Positions 50,901-62,075 of a DNA stretch of 64,000 nucleotides are shown piece after piece. Source of the stretch: Squalus acanthias. Taxonomy: Eukaryota. The stretch is taken from positions 114,020,001 to 114,084,000 of the forward strand of contig CM059431.1 of assembly GCA_030390025.1 (NCBI GenBank), given 5' to 3'. Each line of letters opens with the position of its first letter. Position 1 is the stretch's first letter. Below the pieces are notes generated by a model. That model did not search any database. It had not been told where the DNA came from and worked only from the letters and a program-made list of their open reading frames with translations. The position numbers were made by a program, and so were the translations under genes.

Positions 50901-51842
50901 GCACTGGTGCCTCACAGCGCCAGAGACCCGGGTTCGAATCTGACCTCGGGTGACTGTCTGTGTGGAGTTTGCAGGGCAACACGGTGGCATAGTGGTTAGC
51001 ACTGGTGCCTCACAGCGCCAGAGACCCGGGTTCGAATCTGACCTCGGGTGACTGTCTGTGTGGAGTTTGCACATTCTCCCCGTGTCTGCGTGGGTTTCCT
51101 CCGGGTGCTCCGGTTTCCTCCCACAGTCCAAAAATGTGTGGGTTAGGTTGATTTGGCTATGATAAATTGACCCTTAGTGTTAGGGGGGATTAAATATGTG
51201 GGGTTATGGGGATAGGATGGGATAGGATGGGATATGTTAGGGGGAATTAAATACATGGGGTTACGGGGTACGGTGGGATATGTGTAATGTGGGGATTAAA
51301 GCAGGGACAGGGTACTGGATTTGGATGATCAGCCATGATCGTATTGAATGGCGGAGCAGGCTCGACGGGCCGAATGGCCTACTCCTGCTCCTAGATTCTA
51401 TGTTTCTATGTTTCTATGTTTCTATATGAATTATTATTTACTGTGACCATGTTTGATTTAAACCGTTGAGTTCTTTGCCTTCTACTTTTGTTTTTCTCCT
51501 TCCTGTCTTTAGCTTTTATCCTTGTTTCCCTTTCCTCTGTCTCCCTGCTCAGTTTCCCAACCCCCTGCCACTTTAGTTTAAACCCTCCCCAACAGCACAA
51601 GATAACACTCCCCCTAGGACATCGGTCCCGGCCCTGCCCAGGTGCAGACCATCCCGTTTGTACTGGTCCCACCTCCCCCAGAACCGGTTCCAATGTCCAA
51701 GGAATTTGAATCCCTCCCCCTTGCACCATTCCTCTAGCCACGTATTCATTTGAAATATCTCCTATTTCTACTCTGACTAGCACGTGGCACTGGTAGCAAT
51801 CCTGAGATTAGTACCTTTGAGGTCCTATTTTTTAATTTACCT
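47956..51842 (-). mobile_element. Long CR1 (HER1-like) LINE: ORF1 C-terminal relic plus ORF2 (APE endonuclease + RT) with one frameshift and one nonsense codon
   Basis: EN motifs CLNARS, GITETW, GVVYRPP, MGDFN, SDH; RT motifs YLDFQKAFDKVPH, SGVPQG, KFADD; 1-nt deletion near 49850; in-frame TGA at 48383-48385; ORF1 esterase-like DGLHL near 51640. Confidence 0.96.
50876..51425 (+). mobile_element. HE1-type V-SINE with a tandemly duplicated 98-bp head
   Basis: tRNA-like head, V-domain (gtgtggagtttgcacattctccccgtgtctgcgtgggtttcctccggg), CR1-like 3' end and (tttctatg)n tail. Confidence 0.9.
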
Positions 51843-52509
51843 GGAGGACAATTTAAATTTTTTGGAGCATTTTTTGGGGCTTTTCACCTAGACAGGGCTG
51901 GACTTGTCTCTGACAGCCTCAAGGGTTGTAAGACCACCAGAATATTTTTGTCCCCACCCACAATGAGAGTTTCTAAGGACTAGACACAGCATTCCCAATG
52001 GATATTCCATTGTTTACCATTATAATGGATGAGGAGAAGGACAGGATGAAGGAAAGGAGAGCAAGGCAGCATTTGAGGAGACATTGCCCTACAGAGCTTC
52101 CATCCAACAGACTGAGGGGGGCTGTTCAAAGAGGGCAGTCTCTGTTTCTCACTCACAGAACATCTGCTTTTGGTAGCCAGCAGAAAAAGACTCTGGCCTG
52201 TATTGGGGTTGGTGTTTGCACAGGGCTACTATCAATCTGAGAGCCAATCCAATAAGCCCTGCATGCTGACCCACCTCACACTGCACAACATGAGGGACAC
52301 TGGTCTGCTGGATTCACCTGTGTGAGCTGACCAGCAATCTTGCAAGTCAAAGCCAGTCCGCACAGCTTCCTGTTTTTTGCCACCCAAAGCTCCTATGGTT
52401 GCATGTTGAGAATCCATGTGAGATGCACAAACTGGTCTCATTTACTGAGGCTTCTGTAGCATGTGGCAGTAGTACTGCAATTCTCAGGCTGGAGAAGCCT
52501 CCATGTTCT

Positions 52510-52850
52510 TCAGCTTACTATTAATGGCAATGCTGTGCAGGACACTGTTTTGGCTACCTTTCAGGGATGTATATGGGCCAGCTGCAAGAATAGTCCAGGT
52601 ATCTAAAACATTGTTTGACGTATAAAGGATCAATTCAATCAGCACCCTGGCATGGGCATGGGTTGTGCAAGAGGCACCATGAGCTCTGGTTATAAAACGA
52701 AGACCATATTTTCCAGCAGCTAGCCACTGATTCTTTCATTCATTGACAGAACTTGAGAACACAGATTGGTACAGGATGTATGAGTCATGGGTACTCCTGG
52801 GGAAAGGGCATTAACAAGCATGATCCTAAGTCAAGAATGACCTACCCTCT
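52510..52850 (-). pseudogene. Degenerate Harbinger (HARBI1-like DDE) transposase fragment
   Basis: Minus-strand translation with frameshifts gives MLVNA.FPG(S)THDSYIL...LMVPL...HAHA..VLIE...KQCFRYLD...YIPE...VLHSIA, matching the recalled Harbinger PGSxHD...KxRFRCLD...LHN motifs. Confidence 0.55.
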
Positions 52851-52865
52851 GCCTGTTAAAGGAAT

Positions 52866-55426
52866 GAAACATAGAAACATAGAAAAATAGGAGCAGGAGT
52901 AGGCCATTCGGCCCTTCGAGCCTGCTCCGCCATTCAATATGATCATGGCTGATCCTCTATCTCAATACCATATTCCCGCTCTCTCCCCATACCCCTTGAT
53001 GCCTTTTGTGTCTAGAAATCTATCTATCTCCTTCTTAAATATATTCAGTGACTTGGCCTCCACAGCCTTCTGTGGTAGAGAATTCCACAGGTTCACCACC
53101 CTCTGAGTGAAGAAATATCTCCTCATCTCAGTCCTAAATGTCCTACCCCCTATCCTGAGACTGTGACCCCTCGTTCTAGACCCCCCAGCCAGGGGAAACA
53201 TCCTTCCTGCATCCAGTCTGTCTAGCCCTGTCAGAATTTTATACGTTTCAATGAGATCCCCTGTCATTCTTCTAAACTCTAGTGAATACAGGCCTAGTCG
53301 ACCTAATCTTTCCTCATACGACAGTCCTGCCATCCCAGGAATCAGTCTGGTGAACCTTCGCTGCACTCCCTCTATGGCAAGTATATCCTTTCTTAGGTAA
53401 GGAGACCAAAACTGCACACAGTACTCCAGGTGTGGTCTCACCAAGGCCCTGTATAACTGTAGTAAGACATCCTTGCTCCTGTACTCAAATCCTCTTGCAA
53501 TGAAGGCCAACATACCATTTGTCTTCCTAACTGCTTGCTGCACCTGCATGTTTGCTTTCAGTGACTGGTGTACAAAGACACCCAGGTCCCTTTGCACAGC
53601 AGCATTTCCCAATCTATCACCATTTAAATAATACTCTACCTTTCTGTTTTTCCTACCGAAGTGGATAACTTCACATTTATCCACATTATACTGCATCTGC
53701 CATGTATTTGCCCACTCACTCAACTTGTCTAAATCGCCTTGAAGCCTCTTTTCATCCTCCTCACAACTCACAATCCCACCTAGTTTTGTGTCGTCAGCAA
53801 ACTTGGAAACATTACATTTGGTTCCCTCATCCAAATCATTGATATATATTGGCCCAGAAATTCGCCTCTCCGGCTTGCCGCGGGGGTAAGGATCGCGCGC
53901 GCTCTTACCTACCACGCCTGCCGTTGTGTTTTGGGCCCACGGGAACTTCAGCTCCTGGGCCTGTTCCAACTGCCGGCGCGCAGTGCGTGCGTGTCCCAGG
54001 GGCGTAGTTAGTGCGATGCGTCCCCTGGGATCACGTGGGCCACGGAGAGCCAATGGCAGCAGACCATCTTTCATTCATAAATCTGTGAATTGAAATCGGC
54101 CCCAAAAGAACAGCTAAACTTAAAATAAATTTAAAAAAAAAACATCATATTTATAAAATAACTATAGTTAAATAAATTAACCACTTTAAAAAAAATTTAA
54201 ATTTTTGAAAAAATTAAAATACTTTTTAAAAGTGATAAAAATAAACTTACCTTTCTTTAAAGTATCTAAAAAAGATAAACCTGTTGAAATTTTTTTAAAA
54301 TTAAACTTAATTAACCACTTACCTTGTTGAAAACGGGTCTTGCGCCTCCTTTTTAATAGCGTAGTTTCTTCAATACTTACCCTCGCGTAGAAACCTGAAA
54401 AAAATCTAAGTTTGCTGCATGTGCGCAGCCTCTACCTGCGCACGCGGTTCACCTAGGAACCGCCCCCTTCACCATACCAGAAGTTCCGGTTTCCCGCGCA
54501 TGCAGGAAACCGGCACTTCGGGACGTCTTACGGGTAAGTACGGACTGAGTACTCACCCGGGAAGGGCCAAATTTTTGGCCCATTGTGAATAGCTGGGGCC
54601 CAAGCACTGATCCCTGCGGTACCCCACTAGTCACCGCCTGCCACCCCGAAAAAGACCCATTTACTCCTACTCTCTGTTTCCTGTCTGTTAACCAATTTTC
54701 AATCATGCCAGTATATTACCCCCAATCCCATGTGCTTTAATTTTGCACACTAACCTCTTATGTGGGACTTTATCAAAGACCTTCTGAAAATCCAAATACA
54801 CCACATCCACTGGTTCTCCCTTATCTATTCTACCAGTTACATCCTCAGAAAACTCCAGTAGGTTTGTCAAACATGATTTCCCTTTCATAAATCCATGTTG
54901 ACTTTGCCTAATCCCGTTGATATTTTCTAAGTGTCCTGTTATCACATCCTTTATAATAGACTCTAGCATTTCCCCTACTACTGATGTTAGGCTAACCGGT
55001 CTGTAGTTCCCTGTTTTCTCTCTCTCTCCTTTTTTAAATAGTGGGGTTACATTTGACACCCTCCAATCTGCGGGAACTGTTCCATAATCTATAGAATTTT
55101 GGAAGATGACAACCAATGCATCCACTATTTCCATGGCTACCTCTTTTAGTACTCTGGGTTGCAGATTATCAGGCCCTGGGGATTTATCAGCTTTCAGTCC
55201 CATTAATTTCTCCAGCACTTTTTTTTACTAATACTTATTTCCTTTAATTCCTCCTTCTCACTAGACCCTTGGTTCCCTAGCATTTCTGGGAAGTTATTTG
55301 TGTCCTCTTCCATGAAAACAGAACCAAAGTATTTGTTTAATTGCTCTGCCATTTCCTTGTTCCCCATTATAAATTCGACTGTAAGGGTCCTACATTTGTC
55401 TTCACTAATCTTTTTCTTTTTACATA
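52866..55426 (-). mobile_element. 5'-truncated CR1 LINE (second subfamily) interrupted by MITE B
   Basis: RT ORF pieces 54703-55218, 54449-54706 and 52962-53850; (tttctatg)n tail at 52866. Confidence 0.95.
53851..54581 (+). mobile_element. Harbinger-type MITE, copy B
   Basis: TIRs ggcccagaaatt / aatttttggccc; TSD ATT; removing it restores CR1 LFTIYINDL. Confidence 0.92.
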
Positions 55427-56057
55427 AGTGGCATTGGAACCCAAACTCATTTATAGCTTCGTGATTTTGCTAAATATAACTCCCAGGAACCAAATGAAAC
55501 AGAAATACTATGCACACGGGCCAGCATCCTCTGCTCAAGGGTATCCGTTGCGATACCTACTTCCCCAGATAGAATCTGGATAGGGCCCTTAGTGGCTGTG
55601 TCTCCGATCAATACCTCTGATCTTCTCCAACGATCTTCAGCAGCAGTGTTGTTACCTTTACCAAGTGCTCCCTGCTGCACCTCCCTATCCTGTGACTTAT
55701 GCTGCTAAAATAAATGGATCTCCCCCTGCCGCTCTTTCTGCTGTTTCTGGAGGATGCCATTGAAAAGAGCACATGGGACAGCAGGCAGCATGTTAATATT
55801 CATTTTGCAGTCATACTACCTGAACATCTTTATTGCATGGTTGCTCTGATACTTGTCTTACAAATAGGACATATTAGACATATCGGTACTTATGTGGGCC
55901 CCTCAACTCGGGTTTATTCCTAGAAGAATATCACAGCTGATGAAGTCATCTAGGCAGACCACCTAGGGTTTGCTGGAAGCTTCCAATGCCATTTCTGACA
56001 TTGGAATTATAAGTGATCCTGCTCTGGAAAAAGTAGAATATTCAGTTTTAGCAAATG

Positions 56058-56215
56058 GTGCTGATTTTTGAATATTAAGGGAATCAAGGGATATGGGGAG
56101 TAGTGCAAGAAAGTGGAGTTGAGGTAGAAGATCAGCCATGATCTTAGTGAATGGCGGAGCAGGCTCGAAGGGTCAAATGGCCTACTCCTGCTCCTATTTC
56201 TTATGTTCTTATGTT
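56058..56215 (+). mobile_element. CR1 3' end fragment
   Basis: ggaatcaagggatatgggg...gatcagccatgatc...(cttatgtt)n. Confidence 0.85.
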
Positions 56216-56220
56216 AAGAT

Positions 56221-59200
56221 TAATTAGCAATCTTGTTGTACGAGGCCCCTTGGGTCAGAGTGATCATAATGGCCCAGAAATTCGCCTCTCTGGCTTGCCG
56301 CGGGGGTAAGGATCGCGTGCGCTCATACCTACCGCGCCTGCCGTTGTGTTTTGGGCCCACGGGAACTTCGGGTCCTGGGCCTCTCCCAACTGCCGACGCG
56401 CAGTGCTTGCGTGTTCCAGGGGCGCAGTTAGTGCGATGCGTCCCCTGGGATCACGTGGGCCATGGAGAGCCAATGGCAGCAGACCATCTTTCATTCATAG
56501 ATTTGACAGGAGACCTGTCAAATCTGTGAATTGAAATCGGCCCCAAAAGAACAGCTAAACTTAAAATAATTTTTTTTAAAAACCCATCACATTTATAAAA
56601 TAACTATAGTTAAATAAATTAACCACTTTAAACAAAAATTAAAATTTTTGAAAAAATTAAAATACTTTTTAAAAGTGATCAAAATAAACTTACCTTTCTT
56701 TAAAGTATCTAAAAAAGATAAACCTGTTGAAAAAAATTAAAATTATACTTAATTAACCACTTACCTTGTTCAAAACGGGTCTTGCGCCTCCTTTTCATTA
56801 GTGTAGTTTCTTCAATACTTACCCTCGTGTAGAAACCTGAAAAAAAATCTAAGTGTGCTGCGTGCGCGCAGCCCCTACCGCGCACGCGGTACACCTAGGA
56901 ACCGCCCCCTTCACCAAACCGGAAGTTCCGGTTTCCCGCGCATGCGCAGTGCATGCAGGAAACCGGCACTTCGGGAAGCAATACGGGTGAGTACAGAGCG
57001 CGTACTCACCCGGGAAGGGCCAAATTTTTGGCCCAATATGATAGAATTCTTCGTTAGGATGGAGAGTGAAGTAGTTGAATCAGAGACTAGGGTCCTGAAT
57101 TTAAATAAAGGAAACTACGATGGTATGAGGCGCGAATTGGGTCGGATTGATTGGGGAATGTCACTCAAAGGGTTGACGGTGGATAGGCAATGGCAAACAT
57201 TCAAAGACTGCATGGATGAACTACAGAATTTGTTCATCCCAGTGTGGCATAAGAATAAAACAAAAAGGGTGACTCAACCGTGGCTAACAAGGGAAATTAG
57301 GGATAGCATATGATCCAAGGAGAGGGCATATAAATTGGCCAGAAAAAGCGGTAACCCTGAGGATTGGGAGCAGTTTAGGATTCAACAAAGGAGGACAAAG
57401 GGATTAATTAAGAAGGGGAAAATAGAATATGAAAGTAAGCTTGCTGGGAACATAAAAACTGACTGTAAGAGCTTTTATAGATATGTGAAGAGAAAAAGAT
57501 TAGTGAAATCAAGTGTAGGTCCCTTGCAGTCAAAAGCGGGGGAAGTTATAATGGGGAACAAAGAAATGGCAGACCAATTAAATGCATATTTTGGTTCTGT
57601 CTTCACAAAGGAGGACACAAATAAGCTCCCAGAGATGTTGGAGAACATACGGTCTGATGAAAGGGAGGAACTGAAAGTAATCAGTATTTGCAGGGAAATG
57701 GTGTTAGGGAAATTGACGGGATTGAAGGCCGATAAATCCCCAGGGCCTGATAATCTACATCCTAGTGTACTTAAGGAAGTGGCCCTAGAAATAGTAGATG
57801 CATTGCTGATCATCTTCCAACATTCGATGGAATCTGGAACTGTACCCATGGATTGGAGGGTAGCTAATGTTACCCCACTATTCAAAAGGGTGGTAGAGAG
57901 AAAGCGGGGAATTACAGACCGTTAAGCCTGACATCGGTAGTGGGGAAAATGCTAGAGTCCATTATAAAGGATGTAATAGCTGAGCACTTGAAAAACAGTG
58001 ACAGGATCGGACAAAGTCAACATGGATTTACAAAAGGTAAATCGTGCTTGACTAATCTACTGGAATTTTTTGAGGATGTAACTGGGAAAATAGATAAGGG
58101 AGAACCAGTAGATGTGGTGTATTTGGACTTTCAAAAGGCTTTCGATAAGGTCCCGCATAAGAGATTAGCATGTAAAGTTAAGGCACAAGGGATTGGGGGC
58201 AAGGTATTGACTTGGATAGAGAACTGGTTGGCGGACAGAAAGCAGAGAGTAGGAATTAATGGGTCTTTTTCCGAGTGGCAGGCAGTGACTAGTGGGGTAC
58301 CGCAGGGTTCGGTCCTTGGACCCCAGCTATTCACAATATACATTAATGATCTGGATAAGGGAACTAAATGTAATATCTCCAAGTTTGCAGATGACACAAA
58401 GCTGGGTGGGCGTGTGTGCTCCGAGGAGGATACTGAGAAACTCCAGGATGATTTGGACAGGTTGGGTGAGTGGGCAGAAGCGTGGCAGATGCAATATAAC
58501 GTGGATAAATGCGAGGTTATCCACTTTGGTGTCAAAAACAGAAAGGCAGACTATTATCTGAATGGTAATAGATTGGGAGAAGGGAAAGTGCAACGAGACC
58601 TGGGTGTCCTTGTGCACCAGTCGCTGAAGGTAAGTGTGCAGGTGGAGCAGGCGGTGAAGAAGGCAAATGGTATGTTGGCCTTCATAGCGAAAGGGTTTGA
58701 GTATAGGAACAGGGATGTCCTGCTGCAGTTGTACAGGGCCTTGGTGAGACCACACCTTGAGTACTGTGTTCAGTTTTGGTCACCTTATCTGAGGAAGGAT
58801 GTTCTTGCCATGGAAGGAGTTCAGCAAAGATTCACAAGGCTGATACCTGGGATGACATGAATGACATATGAGGAGTGATTGGGTCGATTGGGCTTATACT
58901 CGCTGGAGTATAGAAGAATGAGAGGGGATCTCATCGAAACATATAAAATTCTGACAGGTCTGGACAAACTAGATGCAGGAAGAATGTTCCCGATGGTCGG
59001 AGAGTCCAGAACCAGGGGTCATAATCTAAGGATAAGGGGTAAGCCATTTAGGACAGAAATGAGGAAGAATTTCTTCACCCAGAGGGTGGTGAACCTGTGG
59101 AATTCTCTACCACAGAAGGTAATTGAGGCCAAGTCATTAAATATATTCAAGAATGAGTTAGATATATTTCTTAAAGCTAAAGGTATCAAGGGATATGGGG

Positions 59201-59322
59201 AGAGGGCAGGTACAGGGTACTGAGTTTGGATGATCAGCCATGATCTCATCGAATGGCGGAGCAGGCTCGAGGGGCCGAATGGCCTACTCCTGCTCCTATC
59301 TTCTATGTTTCTATGTTTCTAT
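56221..59322 (+). mobile_element. 5'-truncated CR1 LINE, same subfamily as 47956-51842, interrupted by MITE C
   Basis: Near-identical translations (ORFs 57335-57925, 57940-58860, 58879-59223) with several stops and frameshifts. Confidence 0.96.
56271..57034 (+). mobile_element. Harbinger-type MITE, copy C
   Basis: TIRs ggcccagaaatt / aatttttggccc; TSD AAT; removing it restores CR1 SDHNMIEF. Confidence 0.92.
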
Positions 59323-59602
59323 TTGAATGTGTCATGGGTAGAACTTTTTAATTCAAGAACAACTTATGCCATTCATACCTTATGTAGGACCAATTTATTC
59401 ACATTAATTCCTGCGCAAGTACATATTTCTTGCTCATATAATGCTTCCTTCTCTACTTCCAGAGAATCAGCTATCTTTATTGGACAGTATATACCTTTCT
59501 TACAAATACAAACTTACAATAGCAGCGAGGTTGAACATTTCCTCTGTTTGGGGATCTACACTATTTGCAACTCATTTATTCATTAATTTCAATTGTCACA
59601 CT

Positions 59603-60337
59603 GGCCCAGAAATTCGCGTGTCCGGGGTAAGGATCGCGCACGCTCTTACCTACCGCGCCTGCCGTTGTGTTTGGGGCCCACGGGAACTTCGGGTCCTGGG
59701 CCTCTCCCAACTGCCGGCGCGCAGTGCTTGCGTGTTCCAGGGGTGCAGTTAGTGCGATGCGACCCCTGGGATCACGTGGGCCATGGAAAGCCAATGGCAG
59801 CAGACTATCTTTCATTCATAGATTTGACAGGATGTCAAATCTGTGAATTGAAATCGGCCCCAAAAGAACTGCTAAACTTAAAATAAATTTAAAAACAAAA
59901 CCATCACATTTATAAAATAACTATAGTTAAATAAATTAACCACTTTAAACAAAAATTTAAATTTTTGAAAAATTTAAATTCTTTTTAAAAGTTATAAAAA
60001 TAAACTTACCTTTCTTTAAAGTATCTAAAAAAGATAAACCTGTTGAAAAAAATTTAAAATTATACTTAATTAACCACTTACCTTGTTCAAAACGTGTGTT
60101 GCGCTTCCTTTTCATTAGCGTAGTATCTTCCATACTTAACCTCGCGTAGAAACCTGAAAAAAAATCTAAGTGTGCTGCGTGCGCGCACGCAGTTCACCTA
60201 GGAACCGCCCCCTTCACCATACCGGAAGTTCCGGTTTCCCGCGCATGCGCAGTGCATGCAGGAAACCGGCACTTCGGGAAGCAATACGGGTGAGTACACA
60301 GTCCGTACTCACCCGGGAAGGGCCGAATTTTTGGGCC
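59603..60337 (+). mobile_element. Harbinger-type MITE, copy D
   Basis: TIRs ggcccagaaatt / aatttttgggcc; TSD ACT. Confidence 0.92.
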
Positions 60338-61999
60338 ACTATATTTGCATCACATACCAGGACATTTACCATAAATGTGGTTTACCCTGTCAGGCATGGA
60401 GATGCCTGGTCTTAGCATCAACTAAGCTGAAAATAATTTCTGTACTTTCTAGGACCATGTCTACAAGGTCGGACAGAGAGCTGAAACTGAAGAATGCATT
60501 TATTTTCATATTTGAGATATAGTAGACCTGGAATTGTGCCCATCATTGGGTGTTATCTAGCTAGTTAAATGTCTGTTATGTAATTTCTAAAGTGTGAGAC
60601 TGTCATTGTTAGACATAAGCTGTGATTGGCTCGGCACGTCCATGCCAAAGTGGTGAAAGAAAATGTGGGATGTCATAAGGAAATCATTAGCATTAATAAA
60701 CTTTTAAAAAATGGATATCAAAACTCTAAGACAGATAACATGCCCAACTCACCGTCTAATGCGGCACATAAAGAACGGAGGGCAGCCAGTGCCCGTGGTA
60801 GCATACTTCATCGAGTAGCTGGCACCTTCAGAGAAGGGAGAAGAAAATTGGGGAAGGGGAAGAGAAGGAAACATTTAGACAAGCCACAAAAAGGAGAAAT
60901 TGAATTTAATGAGTAAAAAGCAAAGAAAGATGGCAATAGCAGAAAGAAGTAGAAAAACAACTCTAAAAATCTGATTTCTAAAGTTCTGATTTACAAAAGA
61001 AAAATCTTAAACATATTTTACCGTTGATTACAAAAATGCAAAAAAGACTATCTGGTTCATATATGGGGGTAAATTTTCATTTTGCAGTGCAGAGCTTTAC
61101 CTGCTGGGGGCGCTAAAGATGAACATTTGCCCCACAGAGTATAATCTATATATAATATTTTAAAAGTCTTACGTCTGTATGCACTTCCTGTCAATCTTTC
61201 CATTATAAATTCCTCGCCCTACATTTATAATGGGAAACTGCCTATGTAAACTTGTCATGCTGTAACTACGCCTTGATGCTGACGGAAGCACTGCAGCACC
61301 ACCACGGGTGGGACAGTGTAATTACAGAGTGACGCGTTACTTTCCATAATAAATGTGGATATAGGAATTTACAATGGTAATATAAAAATAATGACATAAT
61401 ATATGACTTTAAAATGGTAACTGATTACCATTTTAATCCTGAGCCAATTATCTTCTAACCTTGCTTTACTTGAGGACTACACTTCTTGACTCTGAGTGTG
61501 CAATGCCACGGGAGATCAACTAATATCTTGAAAAATAGATGTTTAATATGTTCAAAACATAACCCTTAAGAATAAAAATAATATTTACAGTTAAAAATGT
61601 ACTTTAGGTGGCTGCATGTCTATCATGACTACGGGTCAACCATTAAGGTTATAGTGTGCCCATGATAAGATGCATCATTAAAGGATTTGACAAATACTCT
61701 GTAGTCTGGACACTGCCTAATAGCAACCTCTAGTATCCTTACACTTACTAATGACCATAATCCCTCCGGCACTACTTATTTAACCCCCTCTAGCACTTTG
61801 CTGTAGCTTTGTCTGACTTTCTTCAATAGTCTTCATAACGACCATCCCCAGGTTTCCCATGTCATGTTTACCTGATTTATATTCTTTTATTGCAGGTTGA
61901 GGCACTCTCTGGTGTAGGTGACTGAGTAGCTGGGCTTGCAGCCCTGTCTGGATGAAGTTTACTGCAGAGATATTGTTGGAGTTGAGATACAGCAGTCAG

Positions 62000-62075
62000 A
62001 GAAAGAAAGATTTGTATTATATAGCACCTTCACAACTTCAGCACGTTACAGCCAATTAAGTACTTTTGAAATGTA
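62000..62075 (-). mobile_element. Deu-SINE tail fragment, interrupted by the Harbinger element
   Basis: gaaagaaagatttgtattatatagcacc...cagccaat.aagtacttttgaa. Confidence 0.7.

Noticed and set aside
50876..50950. tRNA-like sequences with A and B boxes (also at 27758, 29446, 30595)
   Set aside because: They are SINE heads continuing into SINE bodies, without a complete cloverleaf
52962..54074. 370-aa ORF with a novel N-terminus fused to RT (likewise 56855-57313 and 49846-50982)
   Set aside because: Chance read-through from an inserted MITE or SINE into CR1 ORF2; the TSDs or junctions explain the fusion
55447..55680. ORF with VLIGDT resembling a CR1 ORF1 esterase start
   Set aside because: Similarity too weak to call without a profile search
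47113..60337. Giant composite inverted element (MITE-CR1 ... CR1-MITE)
   Set aside because: MITEs A and D are diverged and have their own TSDs; the sequences between MITE and CR1 on the two sides are unrelated
61880..61990. Polypyrimidine-TTGCAG acceptor suggesting a plus-strand exon
   Set aside because: No recognisable protein or partner exons
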